NCBI GenBank assembly: GCA_963707985.1
Contig: CAVPRW010000048.1
Location: 1 to 64,000 of the forward strand
Source of the DNA: an uncultured Nitrospinota bacterium
Lineage (GTDB): Bacteria; Tectomicrobia; Entotheonellia; J063; CAVPRW01
DNA length: 64,000 nucleotides
Direction: 5' to 3'
The position numbers and the translations under genes were made by a program. This document shows, one piece after another, positions 41,502-52,965 of this stretch. Each line of letters opens with the position of its first letter. Within the stretch, counting starts at the first letter, position 1. The notes under the pieces were generated by a model. It worked only from the letters and a program-made list of their open reading frames with translations. It was not told the origin of the DNA and searched no databases.

Positions 41502-42245
41502 AAGGCACCTGCGTTGCCGTCCCGACCGGCGAAGCGAAGCGGAAGGGAGGAGCGGCAGCCACTGCGGAGTGGGCGACAGCGGGTACTCCAGCCATGAGAC
41601 AGACAGGCTATTTGCAATAATTGTGGTAGCCAAGTTCCAACGTCGCTTTCCCAGTCAAGATGCCTTTAGGATCGTAATTCTCTTGCGTGAGGGGCATCTG
41701 ATTATCGATACGGACGCAGTCCTTTCCCCATTGCGTGAGGGAGAGCTGGGCCTGGCTGATTCTGTCGATAATCATCCCAACAAATGGCCATGAGGAGGAT
41801 TGTTTGGTTCGCGTCTTCCAGGCGTACCCCCTAAGCGGAAACCCCATCCATACTACAGCCTGAAAGGTTCGCTTTTTTAAGATTAGTCTCAATCAATAGA
41901 GCTGCCTGCAGTGCGACTTTGGCGAGGCGTGCCTCGTGGAGGTTCGCTAAGGTGAGGTCTGCCTCGCGGCCCGTCTGTCAAAGCTCTCCCTAGCACTGAT
42001 CGGCTTGCGGTGGTTGCTGTCGGATCTCGGGTTGATGCACCTCTTCCCCGCACTCGGGGCAAACGGGCAGTGTCCACAACACACCGCCGCAGCCTTTGCC
42101 TGACCATTCACGAAGCGCTGGTGTCTCCCCTTGCCAGCTGCAATGATCACAATGGTACATACCCTCCTCCAATCTGCAGTTTGCGGGCATTTGTCAAATG
42201 TCCGTGGCGGTGACAGGTGACAGCTACAATCCAGGGTCCCATGAC

Positions 42246-43106
42246 TTATACCGATTCTTCGTCGTCTGGATAATCTTGCACGTGTCTAATACGTAATTCT
42301 TCCGCCTTCTTTGCGAGTAATTCCCCGTGCTTCTTGAGAGCTGGCAGAATCACCGCATTTCCCAATTTCCGTACGAGGGTTGATGCCGAATCGTACGCTA
42401 AAAGATCCAGTACCCAGTCGGGATGCTTATTCTTCAAGTCAATGAACATGGAGAAGGGTTGTTCCCCCTCTTGGATAATAGGGACGAACGGAACCATATA
42501 ATTGGGGACGATTGCCTGTAACTCCAGCGGGCTAGACTTCGGGTTGGTGATATCGGCAATAATGAAGAGGGACATGCCTGCCAGTGTCATAATCGTTTCA
42601 GTAAAATCTCGGGCTGTAGGTCGTTCGAAGTCGAACACAATAGGTAGGTAGTCACGCTGACGTAATGCGTCACGAATAGCATTGAGGACAGCCTTTCGCT
42701 CTTCAGTAAAGCGGCCGAGGATCAGCACCGCTTTGGAGGTGATCGTGTTAATGATCCCCGAATCTTTTCGTTATGGAGCAGCAAATAGATGAACTGCGCC
42801 ACCTCCAGATTATCCACGGTAATCTCGGGCTCATCAAACGGCGTGATGACGACATCTAACTGCTGCGTCCCTGTGAGGCGAACGTTCCACACCGATGTCC
42901 CATAAACCTTACACCTTATGAGATTTGCCCCCTCGAAGTTTGTTTCCACCAATCTAGCTCTATAAAGGGTCGCCTCGGAGAGGTCTGCCCCAGCGAGGTT
43001 CGCTTCGGTGAGCTGCGCCCCGCGGAGATTTGCCCTAAAGAGCTGTGCTGTTATGAGGTTCGCCCTGGCGAGGTTCGCCGCAGAGAGATCTGCCTCTGTT
43101 AGGTGG
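42246..43106 (-). pseudogene. Pentapeptide-repeat protein with a conserved C-terminal domain; frameshifted, 5' end truncated by the MITE
   Basis: A(D/N)Lxx repeats; [25 protein letters not shown]...IADITNPKSSPLELQ. Confidence 0.85.
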
Positions 43107-43214
43107 GTCCTGTCGCAAATTTCGATTTCTGGGGCAAAATCCGAAAATCGAGTATCCGCAATTCAACGACTTACAGACCCCAAAACTCTCGAAAAAGCAA
43201 ATTTGCGACAGAAC
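43107..43214 (+). repeat. 108-bp MITE-like repeat, copy 1
   Basis: TIR GT(C/T)CTGTCGCAAAT...ATTTGCGACAGAAC; four copies in the window. Confidence 0.9.
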
Positions 43215-43227
43215 CAGCCTGCGTCAT

Positions 43228-43959
43228 CTAGACACCCAGGTAATATTGTTTCACCAGGGTATTCTCGCTCAGTTCCTGCGCCGTGCGGCCTTCGAACTCA
43301 ATCCTGCCGTGCACGATGATGTAGCCTCGGTCAGCGATCTTGATCGCTTGATGGAAGTTCTGCTCGGCCATCAGCACGGTCAGCCGGTATTGCTCCTTCA
43401 GCTCCTTGATCTTGGCAATCAGTCGGCTGACCAGAATGGGGGCCAGGCCCACTGAAGGTTCGTCCACCAGGAGAATCCTGGGGGCGGACATGAGGGCACG
43501 GGCAACGGCCAGCATCTGCTGCTCCCCACCACTCATGCTGCCTGCCAACTGGCGCCGCCGCTGTTGCAGGATCGGGAACGCCTCAAAGCAGAAGTGCAGG
43601 TTGTCCGCAATGGTCTTCCGGGCCTCCGCCCGGTAGGCGCCGAGCAGTAAGTTTTCTTCCACGGTGAGCTTGGGAAACAGGTGGCGCCCCTCGGGCACGA
43701 GTGCAATGCCCAGGTTCACAATGGCCTCGGTAGCCTTGCCCCGCAGGTCGAGGCGTTGGCCGTCGATTTCCAGGAAGACCTCCCCAGCATCGACCTGCAC
43801 CAGGCCCATGAGACATTTCATCACCGTGCTTTTGCCGTTGCCGTTCGTGCCCAGCAACACGACCGTCTCCCCCTCGCGTACTTCAAGGCACACACGGTGC
43901 AACACTCGCACTGCTCCGTAACCGGCATCGACGTCTTTGAGCACGATCCTATGCGCCAA
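43228..43959 (-). CDS. livF: Branched-chain amino acid ABC transporter ATP-binding protein
   Basis: GTNGNGKST, MSGGEQQMLAVARALM, DEPSVGLAP. Confidence 0.9.
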   Translation of the reverse strand: MAHRIVLKDVDAGYGAVRVLHRVCLEVREGETVVLLGTNGNGKSTVMKCLMGLVQVDAGEVFLEIDGQRLDLRGKATEAIVNLGIALVPEGRHLFPKLTVEENLLLGAYRAEARKTIADNLHFCFEAFPILQQRRRQLAGSMSGGEQQMLAVARALMSAPRILLVDEPSVGLAPILVSRLIAKIKELKEQYRLTVLMAEQNFHQAIKIADRGYIIVHGRIEFEGRTAQELSENTLVKQYYLGV

Positions 43960-44673
43960 GGTAGGCTTTCTCCACCGCGGGGTTGCGCACGATCTCGTCT
44001 GGTGTGCCCTCGGCAATGGTCTGGCCGACATCGAGGACAACGATACGCTGTGAAAAACGCATCACGGCCCGCATAATGTGTTCGATCATGATAATGCTGA
44101 TGCCCTGCTCGTTGAGCACGGTGAGAATGGCCAGGATCTCGTCCACCTCAGCAGCTGGAAAGCCCGGCCATGGCTTCATCTGAGATCAACAGTTGTGGTC
44201 TGGCGGCCATGGCCCGCGCCAGTTCGAGCTTGCGCAACTCGATCAAGCTGAGGCGGGTCGCTCTGATGTTGGCTTTCGCCTCTAGCCCAATGCGTTGGAG
44301 GATCTCCATCGCCGCGGCGGCCACGTCAGCCCCGTGGGCCTGAGCGGAGCGGCGTAGACCAACGGAATGCACAGATTTTCGAGCACCGTCATACTGTTGA
44401 AGGGCTTGGGAATCTGAAAGCTCCGGGCAATGCCCAGGCGGGTGCGCTGGTGCGCCGGCAGGGTGGTAATATCTCGTATCTTGAAAAAAAATTTTGCCGC
44501 CATCGCTGCGCAGCGCCCCGGAGATACAGTTGATGAGGGTGGTTTTGCCCGAGCCGTTCGGTCCAATCAGGCCAAGACACTCGCCCTGGCGCACCTGCAG
44601 ACTCACGTCAGTAAGGGCTTAAGCCGCCAAAGTGCTTGGTCACGTGCTGAACCTTGAGCAGCATGTCAGCCAT
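43949..44673 (-). pseudogene. livG: Branched-chain amino acid ABC ATP-binding protein, frameshifted
   Basis: GPNGSGKTT, GIARSFQIPKPF, IEHIMRAV, VEKAYLG across several frames. Confidence 0.85.
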
Positions 44674-45617
44674 CAGGCACGCTCCCGTTGCACGAGCCGC
44701 CGCACGAGCCCGACAATGCCTTCTGGTGCCAGGATGACAAAGGCCACCAGGACAACCCCGACAATCAGCAGGTTCAATGCCGAAGAGATGGTCACAGTCG
44801 CCGTCTGCTGCGCCGTGCCCAGTAAGACAGCCCCCACGAGTGGACCCAGCCACGTCGTGGTGCCGCCGATCATCGGCATGGCCAGACTGTTCACCGCGTA
44901 GTCCAGATTAAAGGCAGACGTTGGCTCGATGAGCGTGAGATGCAAAGGAAACGGGGCACCGGCCATGCCCATCAAGGCCCCACTCACTGTTGTGGCCAGG
45001 ATTTTGAGCTTCAGCGTTGGCACCCCCATGCATTCAGCCGCTTCCTCGTTGTCCCGGATTGCAGCCAAGCCCCTGCCAATCCAGGAGTGCTCGATCCACC
45101 AGGCGATGGTCACCGAACCAACGGCAAGACAGAGCATAACCGCGAACAAGAATTTGACATAACTGCTGAAGAACAACGCCGTTGCCGGTCGGATGATGCT
45201 GATGCCTTTGGCCCCGCCGACGAACTCCCAGTTGATCATGACGGTTTGCAAGACGACCGTCAGTGCCAGGGTCGCAATGGAGAAAAATACCCCCTTCAGG
45301 CGCAGAGTGAGATAGCCGATCCCCAATCCGAGGAGGCCTGAGATCAGGCCGCCAGCTAGCAGCAGCACGGGGAAGGGTGCTTTGTAGGCGAGCATGAGAA
45401 AGGTAGCCGTATAGGCTCCCAGGGCAAAGAAGGCTGGCGTGCCGAAATTCACATAGCCCGTGTAGCCGCCCAGGATGTTCCACGCCGTGGCCAGCACGAT
45501 GTACTGCAGGATAACGTAGGTAACAAAATAGAAATACCGGTTCTCCACAACGCCCGTGAGCAGCATTCCCACGCCCAGAATGCTGAGCGCCACTAGCACC
45601 GGCCAAACCGCTTGCAC
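44673..45617 (-). CDS. livM: Branched-chain amino acid ABC permease
   Basis: WNILGGYTGYVNFG, AIRDNEEAAECMGV, GPLVGA. Confidence 0.9.
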   Translation of the reverse strand: MQAVWPVLVALSILGVGMLLTGVVENRYFYFVTYVILQYIVLATAWNILGGYTGYVNFGTPAFFALGAYTATFLMLAYKAPFPVLLLAGGLISGLLGLGIGYLTLRLKGVFFSIATLALTVVLQTVMINWEFVGGAKGISIIRPATALFFSSYVKFLFAVMLCLAVGSVTIAWWIEHSWIGRGLAAIRDNEEAAECMGVPTLKLKILATTVSGALMGMAGAPFPLHLTLIEPTSAFNLDYAVNSLAMPMIGGTTTWLGPLVGAVLLGTAQQTATVTISSALNLLIVGVVLVAFVILAPEGIVGLVRRLVQRERA

Positions 45618-45620
45618 GCC

Positions 45621-46494
45621 TTACCTCCCGAACAGGCCAGAGGGCCGCACGGCCAGCACGACTAAGAGCAGCCCAAACGACACCGCCAGCGCCCAGGAAG
45701 GACCAGAAAAGGTGGCCGTCAAGCTCTCCGCCACGCCGAGGATGAGCGCCGCCACGAGCGTGCCGCCAATGCTCCCCATGCCGCCCAACACGGTGATGGC
45801 GAAGACCCGGCCAATGTATTCCCGCCCGCTGGAGGGCTCGACGGGGGCAATCACAATAAGCAGGGCCCCGGCGAGGCTGGCCGTGGCGATCCCCAGTCCA
45901 AAGGCAATCGTTTTAATTTTTACCGGATCGGCTCCCATCAGGCGCAGTGCCATGCTGTCCTGAGAGACCCCCATGATGGCCTTGCCGTAGAAGGTTTTGG
46001 CGAGAAACAGGTACACCGCCAGAGTCAGAGCTAGGCCTACGCCGAACGGCACGAACAGGCGCAATGAGATGCCGATGGGACCGAGGAGCACAGAGGTGCC
46101 AATGTATGGGGCCTCGATCATGCGGTAATCGACACCATAGACCAGGAGCAGCGAGACCTCAACGATGAACAGCAGCCCGAAGAAAAACACCAGGCCGCGT
46201 AGGGACTGTTCACCCCGCTGCTCGAAACTAACATAATAGATGCGGTAGATCACCACCCCGAGGCCATAGAAGAGCGGAGTGACAGAGGAACCCCACCAGG
46301 ATGGGATCAAGGGCGAAAGCGGTGTTCAGCGCATAGACGGCATAGGCGCCAGCAATGATGAACACTGGATGGGCGATATTCGCCACATCCAGGAAACCGA
46401 AGCTTATGGAGATTCCAAGGCTGACGGCAGCATAGAAACCGCCCAGCAGAATCCCCGCGACAACCGCGTTCAACAGCAGCTCGAAGGAGAACAC
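45621..46494 (-). CDS. livH: Branched-chain amino acid ABC permease (one frameshift)
   Basis: GGFYAAVSLGISISFG, VLGGMGSIGG, RPSGLFG. Confidence 0.85.
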
Positions 46495-46508
46495 GAGGGC
46501 TCCTGTGG

Positions 46509-47785
46509 TTACTTCAGTGCCTCAGCATAGGGATAGATCAAAGTCCCCGACTTCCACTCCTCAGGCAACACCACCACCCGCTTGCCAGGACCGGCGAACT
46601 GGCCAATGTCGCTGCCGTTGATATGCTGGTACTGCACCAGGAGCATCCTGGCCTTCTCCCACTCGCCGTTGGCCCCGAATTTCACCTTGCCAACGATCGT
46701 GTCGAACGCATTGGCGCGGATGTACTCGCCCACGGTCTTCTGATCCGTGCTCTTGGTGCCCTCGATCGCCTGGCCCATCACCTGCATCATGGCGTACGCC
46801 CACGGCGGCAGGTAGTGCCCCAGTGGATCGACGCCAGCTTCTGCGCCTGCGCCTGGTACTTCTTCAGGAACTCATTGATGCCGGGGAAATTCAGGGTCGG
46901 CTCGGGCACCCAAAAGTCGTAGTTCACAATACCGTTGAGTTTGGCGCCGAGCTTGGTCTGGAAGGCGGCAAACTGCAAGCCGACCATGCCGCCTCCGAAC
47001 AGTTTGGGCCGCAGGCCGACCTCGTGCGCTGCCAGCACCATACCCACCGAATCTGGCGGATACGACGCCACGAACACAATATCAGGGTTGACGGCCTTGA
47101 TGGCCCGGACAATGGGCGTGAAATCCACGGTGGTCGGGGGATAGGTGCTGTCGTAGACGACCTCGAAGCCGAGTTGCTTGAGGTTCTCCCGCGCACCAGC
47201 CAGGGCGTTATGCGGGTACTCGGCATCGGCGCCTACGAGGGCCACGGTGCGCAGTTTGGGATTTTGCTGGGCGGCAAGCTCGAGGAAAGCTCGGGAAAAC
47301 TCCTGGGCTGGGGACGGCCCGGCCGGCATAATCTGAAAATAGTAGGGGTAGTTAAACTTCTCGTTATTGGCGAGCCCAAAGAGGCCCATGAACACCCGCT
47401 GGCGTTCGATGACAATGGGCATTGCCGGGGCGATGAGATTGGTACCGTAGCCGGAGACGACAAAGTCGACGTTATCCACGTCGAGGAGCTTGCTATAGAT
47501 GCCTGGCACGGCTGCCGGCTTGGTCTGGTCGTCATAGTAGACCAGTTCCAGCTGCCGTCCGAGGAGGCCACCGTTCTGGTTGACCTCGTCCCGCCAGATC
47601 TCCATGGCGAGGAGCGCGGCTTTGCCATTGGCGGCGAGGCCACCGGTGAGTGCCATACCCAAGCCAATGCGGATGGGAGGGGCTGCCTGACTCACAGATG
47701 CCAGGGCGATACCCAGCATGATCGCCCCGAGTAGCACTCCTCTTCTAGCCCATGCTCCTATCCTGTCCCTGCACTTGCGTATCAT
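46509..47785 (-). CDS. Branched-chain amino acid ABC substrate-binding protein (one frameshift near 46830)
   Basis: Signal peptide; NQNGGLLGRQLELVYYDD; FDTIVGKVKF. Confidence 0.85.
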
Positions 47786-47947
47786 TGCTCTCCTCCCTCT
47801 ACCTGACCCCCGTTGCTCACAGTTACCCGACCATAACCTGAGAGCCTCTCCAAGTCAACGCCGCTTGTCTTGGACACCAGGGTTTGATACGATGACCAAC
47901 CAATCTCGTATCGTGACCTTTTGATCATCACTAGCATGCGACGCTGA

Positions 47948-48055
47948 GTTCTGTCGCAAATTACGATTTTAGGGGCAAAATCCGAAAATCGAGTATCCGC
48001 AATTCAACGACTTACAGACCTCAAAACTCGCGAAAAAGCAAATTTGCGACAGAAC
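47948..48055 (+). repeat. 108-bp MITE-like repeat, copy 2
   Basis: 14-bp TIRs GTTCTGTCGCAAAT / ATTTGCGACAGAAC. Confidence 0.92.
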
Positions 48056-49895
48056 CCGAGCGGGCACGTGACCGTGAAGTCCTCCATGCGCGATGGGGTG
48101 TGCTTGATCAATCCGGCGTCTACGCATCGAAAGTTCTGTGTCTGACTCCGGGAGGTCTGCATGGTGTCCACGTCGAGGGTATGGATGAAATAGCGTGGCA
48201 CCGCCGGGACACCAGGCGGCAACAGAGAACACACACCTCATCCTACAGCCACGACACGGACTGAGAGGGGAGAGATCGCCTCTGAGCGCCATGCAGAAGT
48301 CCGCAGAGGGCAGAGTAGGCACGCCGCAGGCGACGCTCGTGAGGCACCCCAAGGCCGAAAGGCGGGGCAACAGATAGGCGGAGCCGTCACGCGGACGGGC
48401 CGAAGGCCCGAACGGTGCCCCGCAAGGGGCGTGCAGGAGAGGAGGAGTCGTGTCGTGTCGAGCGCAGGCAAGGCATCCGTGAGGCCGCTCGAGCGGCCCC
48501 TGGACGATCCAGGGGATGAAGCCGGCACTGGGACACGGAGAGCGGACGCTCCGGTGGACGAGACCGACCTTCTGGAGCGGGTGCTGGAACCCCAAAACCT
48601 CCGGCGCGCGCTTCACCAGGTCAGACGCCATCAGGGCGCTCCAGGGCTCGACGGGATGACCGTGGACGCCTGGAAGCGCAGGTGAAGACACACGGGCCGA
48701 GCATCCGTGCCGCGTGGGTGGAGGGCACCTACGCCCCCCAGCCCGTGCGGCGGACGGAGATCCCGAAGGCGGGGGGCGGGATTCGCACGCTGGGGATCCC
48801 GACCGTGCTCGACCGGTTCATCGAGCACGCGCTGCTGCAGGTGCTGCCAGGAGGCATGGGACCCCACCTTCTCGGAGAGGAGCTACGGCGTTCGCCCGCA
48901 GCGTAGTGCCCAGCAGGCGGTGGAGCAGGCGCAGGCGTACAGGCGGGAAGGCGACACATGGGGGGTGGAGATCGACCTGGAGAAGTTCTTTGACTGGGTC
49001 AACCACGACGTGTGGCTGAGCCGAGTACGCCGACGGGTCAAGGACCGACGGGTGCTCACGCTGATCCACCGGTTTCTGAAAGCCGGAGTGCTGACCCTGG
49101 AAGGGAGCGTGGCGCCCACGGCGGAAGGGACGCCCAAGGGGGGCCGCGCTCGCCGCGCCTGGCGAACCTGCGGCTCGACGAGTTCGACAAGGAACTGGAG
49201 CAGCGAGGGCACCGGTTCGCCCGCGATGCCGACGAGGCGACCATCGACGTGCGGAGTCGACAGGCAGGGGAACGGGTGATGGCGCGTGTGACGCGCTTCC
49301 GGGAGCATCAGCTCCGGCTCACGGTCAACGCGGCCAAGAGCGCGGTCGACCGGCCGTGGAACCGTACGTTCCTGGGCTTCACGTGCACGAGGCGCCGGGC
49401 CAACCGGCGGCGGGTGAGCGACAAGGCGCTGAAGGCCTTCAACGCGAAGGTGCGAGCGCTGACGAGCCGCACCAGGGGCCGGACCATGCGGCAGATCGTG
49501 ACGGAACTACGCCAGCTGAGGCTGGGGTGGCGGGCGTGCTTCGGCTTCGCCGAGGGGCGCTCGCCGCGGCGCGACCTGGACCCGTGGATCCGGCGGCGGC
49601 GGCGGCGCGACCACTGGAAACCATGGGGCCGGAAGCGGTACTCGGGAGCTGCGGACGCGCGGCGTGGGCCGGCAGTTGGCCTGGAACACGGTCAAGTCGG
49701 CCCATGGCCCGTGGCGTCTGCGTCAGAGCCCCGCGCTGGCGATGGCGCTGCCGCAGCGCTCCTGCGCGGCGCTGGGGCTGCCCAGCCTGGGTGAGGACTG
49801 ACCATCCACCTGAATCCGCCGAACCGCCGGATACGTGACCCGTATGTCCGGTGGTGTGGGAGGGGAGAGGTCGCGAGGCCTCCCCCTATCCCGAT
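48056..49895 (+). mobile_element. Group IIC intron with decayed RT/maturase; first few nucleotides lost to the MITE
   Basis: Short domain V with CGC triad (gaaccgccggatacgtgacccgtatgtccggtgg), domain VI, 3' end CCCGAT. Confidence 0.88.
48431..49800 (+). pseudogene. Group II intron reverse transcriptase/maturase, inactivated
   Basis: IPKAGGGIRTLGIPTVLDR, DLEKFFD, GTPKGG; YADD decayed to DADE; frameshifts. Confidence 0.9.
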
Positions 49896-49946
49896 TCGGC
49901 GGCCGAGTTTTACACGGTGACTGATGGATGAAAGCAGCGCAGATTC

Positions 49947-50246
49947 TTGCCCTACCGCATTGAGTACTCTCCTGCTACTGAAGAACATGTGCGAGCCCTC
50001 ACCGCGCGACAGCAAAGGACCGTTTTGGACACGGTGGATAGACAACTCGCGCACCAGCCTACTGTCGAGACGAGAAATCGGAAACCGATGCGTCCGAACC
50101 CGGTGGCTCCCTGGGAATTACGGATCGGGCACCTGCGAGTATACTATGATGTGGAAGAAGAACCTGAACCTGTCGTGTTCATTCGTGCGGTCGGGATTAA
50201 ACAACGCGATCGAGTTCGCATTGGTAGAGAGGTGATTGACCTATGA
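49947..50246 (+). CDS. RelE/ParE-family toxin
   Basis: QPTVETRNRKPMRPNPVAPWELRIGHLRVYYDV...RAVGIK. Confidence 0.88.
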   Translation: MPYRIEYSPATEEHVRALTARQQRTVLDTVDRQLAHQPTVETRNRKPMRPNPVAPWELRIGHLRVYYDVEEEPEPVVFIRAVGIKQRDRVRIGREVIDL

Positions 50247-50497
50247 AAATCCTTGAAGTGGCCCAGGCGACCGCCCCGCTGGCTAACTATGCGAGGGACG
50301 TGAAGAACGAACCGCTCATCCTCACCCTGAATGGGACACCCATAGCGGCATTGATCCCGCTTGAAAATGCGGATGTAGAGACAGTCACGCTCAGCACACA
50401 TCCCCAATTCCTTGGGCTGATCGAACGCTCGCGGACACGGCAGAAGACGGAAGGTGGTGTCGCCAGTGAGGAGATGCGTCGCCGGTTGGGACAATAG
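50243..50497 (+). CDS. Phd/YefM-like antitoxin
   Basis: EPLILTLNGTPIAALIP; adjacent to the toxin. Confidence 0.8.
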   Translation: MKILEVAQATAPLANYARDVKNEPLILTLNGTPIAALIPLENADVETVTLSTHPQFLGLIERSRTRQKTEGGVASEEMRRRLGQ

Positions 50498-50513
50498 CCA
50501 ACAGGACAGAGCC

Positions 50514-50623
50514 GCCGAACCAGACACTGCAGCGGACGGGGGGCCAGCGGCGCGTTGCGGCTTAGCGGCCAAGGTAGAGGTGGATGGTGATGCGGCCCCC
50601 GCCGCTGAGTTTGCGCGTTCGGC
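50514..50623 (+). other. attC site
   Basis: GCCGAAC...GTTCGGC, stem cagcgg-cgggggcc / ggcccccgccgctg. Confidence 0.9.
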
Positions 50624-51254
50624 TGCGAAACCCAGCGAAGAGGAAACCATTCTCAGTGTGAGACAACCTGCTGCCGTCTGTTTCACGGAGAGCTAGCATG
50701 CAACCAGATGGGGAGACCCGGCACAGTGACCACATCCCGCGGGAGGAATGCCGCCGTCTGCTCGCCGCGACCGGCTTCCACGAACGCGTGTGGCACGACG
50801 TAACGGCCCAAGCCGTCGCGCAGGCGCAGACCTGCCCTGCCGGAGCAGCGGCCGCCGTCCGGGCCATCATCGCGCCGACGCACCTGGAAGAGCGCGTCGC
50901 GAATCGGCTCCGGAATTATGCCGAGGGTCATGTGGTGCAGTGGTGTATCCGCGAACCTTCTATACGGATTTGAACGGTTTAATCTACAAAATGTTCAAAG
51001 CGGCTCATGCGAGCGGCCCGCAAAAGTAACTTTTTCGAAAGAACGTCGATGAGCCTCCCTCCGGTGAGCACGCGCGCGCCACGACATCCAAGCTCATCAT
51101 CACATAATGAAGCTGACCTTGCCCTGACTTTTTCGGTTTTCTCTATCCGACCAGACGGCATACAATACGACTGCTCGCCGTGCTGAGGTATCTGGTACCA
51201 CACGGCTATTGCGGCAGTCCCATCACACTCGACGGCACAGAGGGACTCAATCAG

Positions 51255-51362
51255 GTTCTGTCGCAAATTTGCTTTTTCGCGAGTTTTGAGGTCTGTAAGT
51301 CGTTGAATTGCGGATACTCGATTTTCGGATTTTGCCCCTAAAATCGTAATTTGCGACAGAAC
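51255..51362 (-). repeat. 108-bp MITE-like repeat, copy 3 (inverted)
   Basis: Reverse complement of copy 2. Confidence 0.92.
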
Positions 51363-51568
51363 TCATGCAAGTCCCAACCCAGGTCACGCTCGATCCGCTG
51401 TGGATCGAAATAGGGGTCGACGGCGACAGAGAGGCCGTTTGTTTCTTTCAGCAAGGCCTGCGTCGAAGGAGACGGCACTGCAATCAGCGAGGGATTTGGC
51501 GTTGTGCAACTTGTAAGAAAGGTCAGGCACGCCACAGCACAGGAGACACGTGACAGTCGCTGGCGCAT
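51363..51568 (-). pseudogene. 5' part of a lipoprotein gene truncated by the MITE
   Basis: MRQRLSRVSCAVACLTFLTSC lipobox. Confidence 0.5.
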
Positions 51569-51600
51569 GAGCAGTTCACCCCACATTTTTCGCGTCCTTT

Positions 51601-51720
51601 TACTAACAGGGCGCGCGCAGCGCCGCTAACGAGTAAAAGTTTTTGTGGCGTGGAGTCGGCACAAAAACTTTATCGAACTGAACCGCCGCGCTGTCCCACC
51701 GCGTCAAAACCTTGTTTATG
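51601..51720 (-). other. Probable long attC site on the minus strand
   Basis: Minus strand CATAAAC...GTTAGTA, stems cagcgc / gcgctg and aaagtttttgtg / cacaaaaacttt. Confidence 0.5.
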
Positions 51721-51789
51721 TCAGTGGAGACTGACACCGACTTAACCACAAGTGGCCCATTTTCCCCCGAATCGTTGCCATACCTCGCA

Positions 51790-52527
51790 TTAGCCCTCCG
51801 TGGTCGGGAGCCTGAAGTACTCCACTGGGCTCTGGTTAGAACCCTGTGAACGCACGTGTAGATGCAAGGCGAGAGCTGTCGGCCGAACATCCGCCCGCGG
51901 TTCCTTCGCAAAACCGCTCTGGAAACCAATCGCAATCAGCCCAAGGGCTCTCAAATGGTCAAGCTCACGATCGATTCGCTGACTATCGTGACAGCCCGTA
52001 ATATCGCCCAATTGGTTTCCATCACAATACAACTCCTCGGCCGCGCTTAGCCCATCCGAACGAAGTATTTTTGTTGCTTTTTCACAGGAAAATCTTACTA
52101 TCGCTGCTTCCATCGCTGTGAGCTGGCCCAACAGGTTGATGAAGACCCAGTTGCTATCATCCTTTCCATCCTCGGTGCAGGACGAGGCCAAAAGTCCCGC
52201 CCACATCTGCTGCACTTCATCGCTGTCGGCCCAAGATGCATGATTGAGGCTTTCCATGATTAACCGTGGGGGCGCGTGCCTGTTTTCTGCTGCGGCCTCT
52301 TCGAGCATTGGTTGTGCCTTCCTGAGGGTGGCTATTGTATTCTGTCTTCGCCACTCACTCACTTTCTCGCGAAGGAGGAGGCCAAGCTCCTCGGCGGCGG
52401 GCAAACAGATCCGTCCTAGTAGGGCCTCGGCCCCACTTACGACAGCATCGGTGACCCGTTCTACGGCCCGACCAATGGGAGCCACACCGAGGAGATCGTG
52501 CGCGCCAGCCCGACTCTTCTCAGTCAT
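51790..52527 (-). CDS. Abi-alpha (DUF4393)-like protein
   Basis: PPRLIMESLNHASW..SDEVQQMWAGLLASS...FINLLGQL...LDHLRALGLI. Confidence 0.7.
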   Translation of the reverse strand: MTEKSRAGAHDLLGVAPIGRAVERVTDAVVSGAEALLGRICLPAAEELGLLLREKVSEWRRQNTIATLRKAQPMLEEAAAENRHAPPRLIMESLNHASWADSDEVQQMWAGLLASSCTEDGKDDSNWVFINLLGQLTAMEAAIVRFSCEKATKILRSDGLSAAEELYCDGNQLGDITGCHDSQRIDRELDHLRALGLIAIGFQSGFAKEPRADVRPTALALHLHVRSQGSNQSPVEYFRLPTTEG

Positions 52528-52548
52528 AGGAAGCTGTCTCCTTCGCCA

Positions 52549-52643
52549 GCCGAACGCGGCGCTCGCCTGCACAGGCCGCTTGTGAGACAGTATGCCACGG
52601 AACGCGAAATGCGGCCTGTGTCAGGTGCAGCAAATTGTTCGGC
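52549..52643 (-). other. attC site on the minus strand
   Basis: Minus strand GCCGAACaatttgctgcacctg...caggcgagcgccgcGTTCGGC, directly after the stop codon at 52648. Confidence 0.88.
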
Positions 52644-52647
52644 CCAG

Positions 52648-52950
52648 CTATGCAAGGAACCAAGGCCAGACAATCAGAAAGAGTCCCAACAACACCAGCA
52701 GGAAACCAACACGGGCGGCCTGATTCGGCATAAGTCTTCCGATCGCGTCCATCAATCCCGCTATCGCTTTGAGTAGCCCCGAAATGTCTTTCGGACTCAG
52801 GCCGGCGGCGGTCTTTTTTTGAATCGAAGCCCAAATCATTAGCCCAATGCCCAGCAACAGGCTAATACAGCCGATAACGAACAGCACCGTCTGCTGAAGA
52901 GTGTCCCTATACCAACTCCCTGGCGCACAAGTCTGACTTTTCCGCTTCAT
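52648..52950 (-). CDS. Small two-TM membrane protein (cassette; 5' end possibly clipped by the IS)
   Basis: Two hydrophobic helices; stop codon adjacent to the attC. Confidence 0.6.
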   Translation of the reverse strand: MKRKSQTCAPGSWYRDTLQQTVLFVIGCISLLLGIGLMIWASIQKKTAAGLSPKDISGLLKAIAGLMDAIGRLMPNQAARVGFLLVLLGLFLIVWPWFLA

Positions 52951-52965
52951 GATCGCTGCCAGTAT

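Noticed and set aside
28396..47785. Frameshifts in eutA and the liv genes as programmed frameshifting or true pseudogenisation
   Set aside because: These are isolated single-base indels in otherwise conserved genes, some in homopolymers. They cannot be told apart from long-read error without the reads.
48431..49800. RT as a retron, DGR or defence-associated RT
   Set aside because: It is embedded in clear group II intron domains V/VI, and no template/variable repeat pair or msr-msd was seen.
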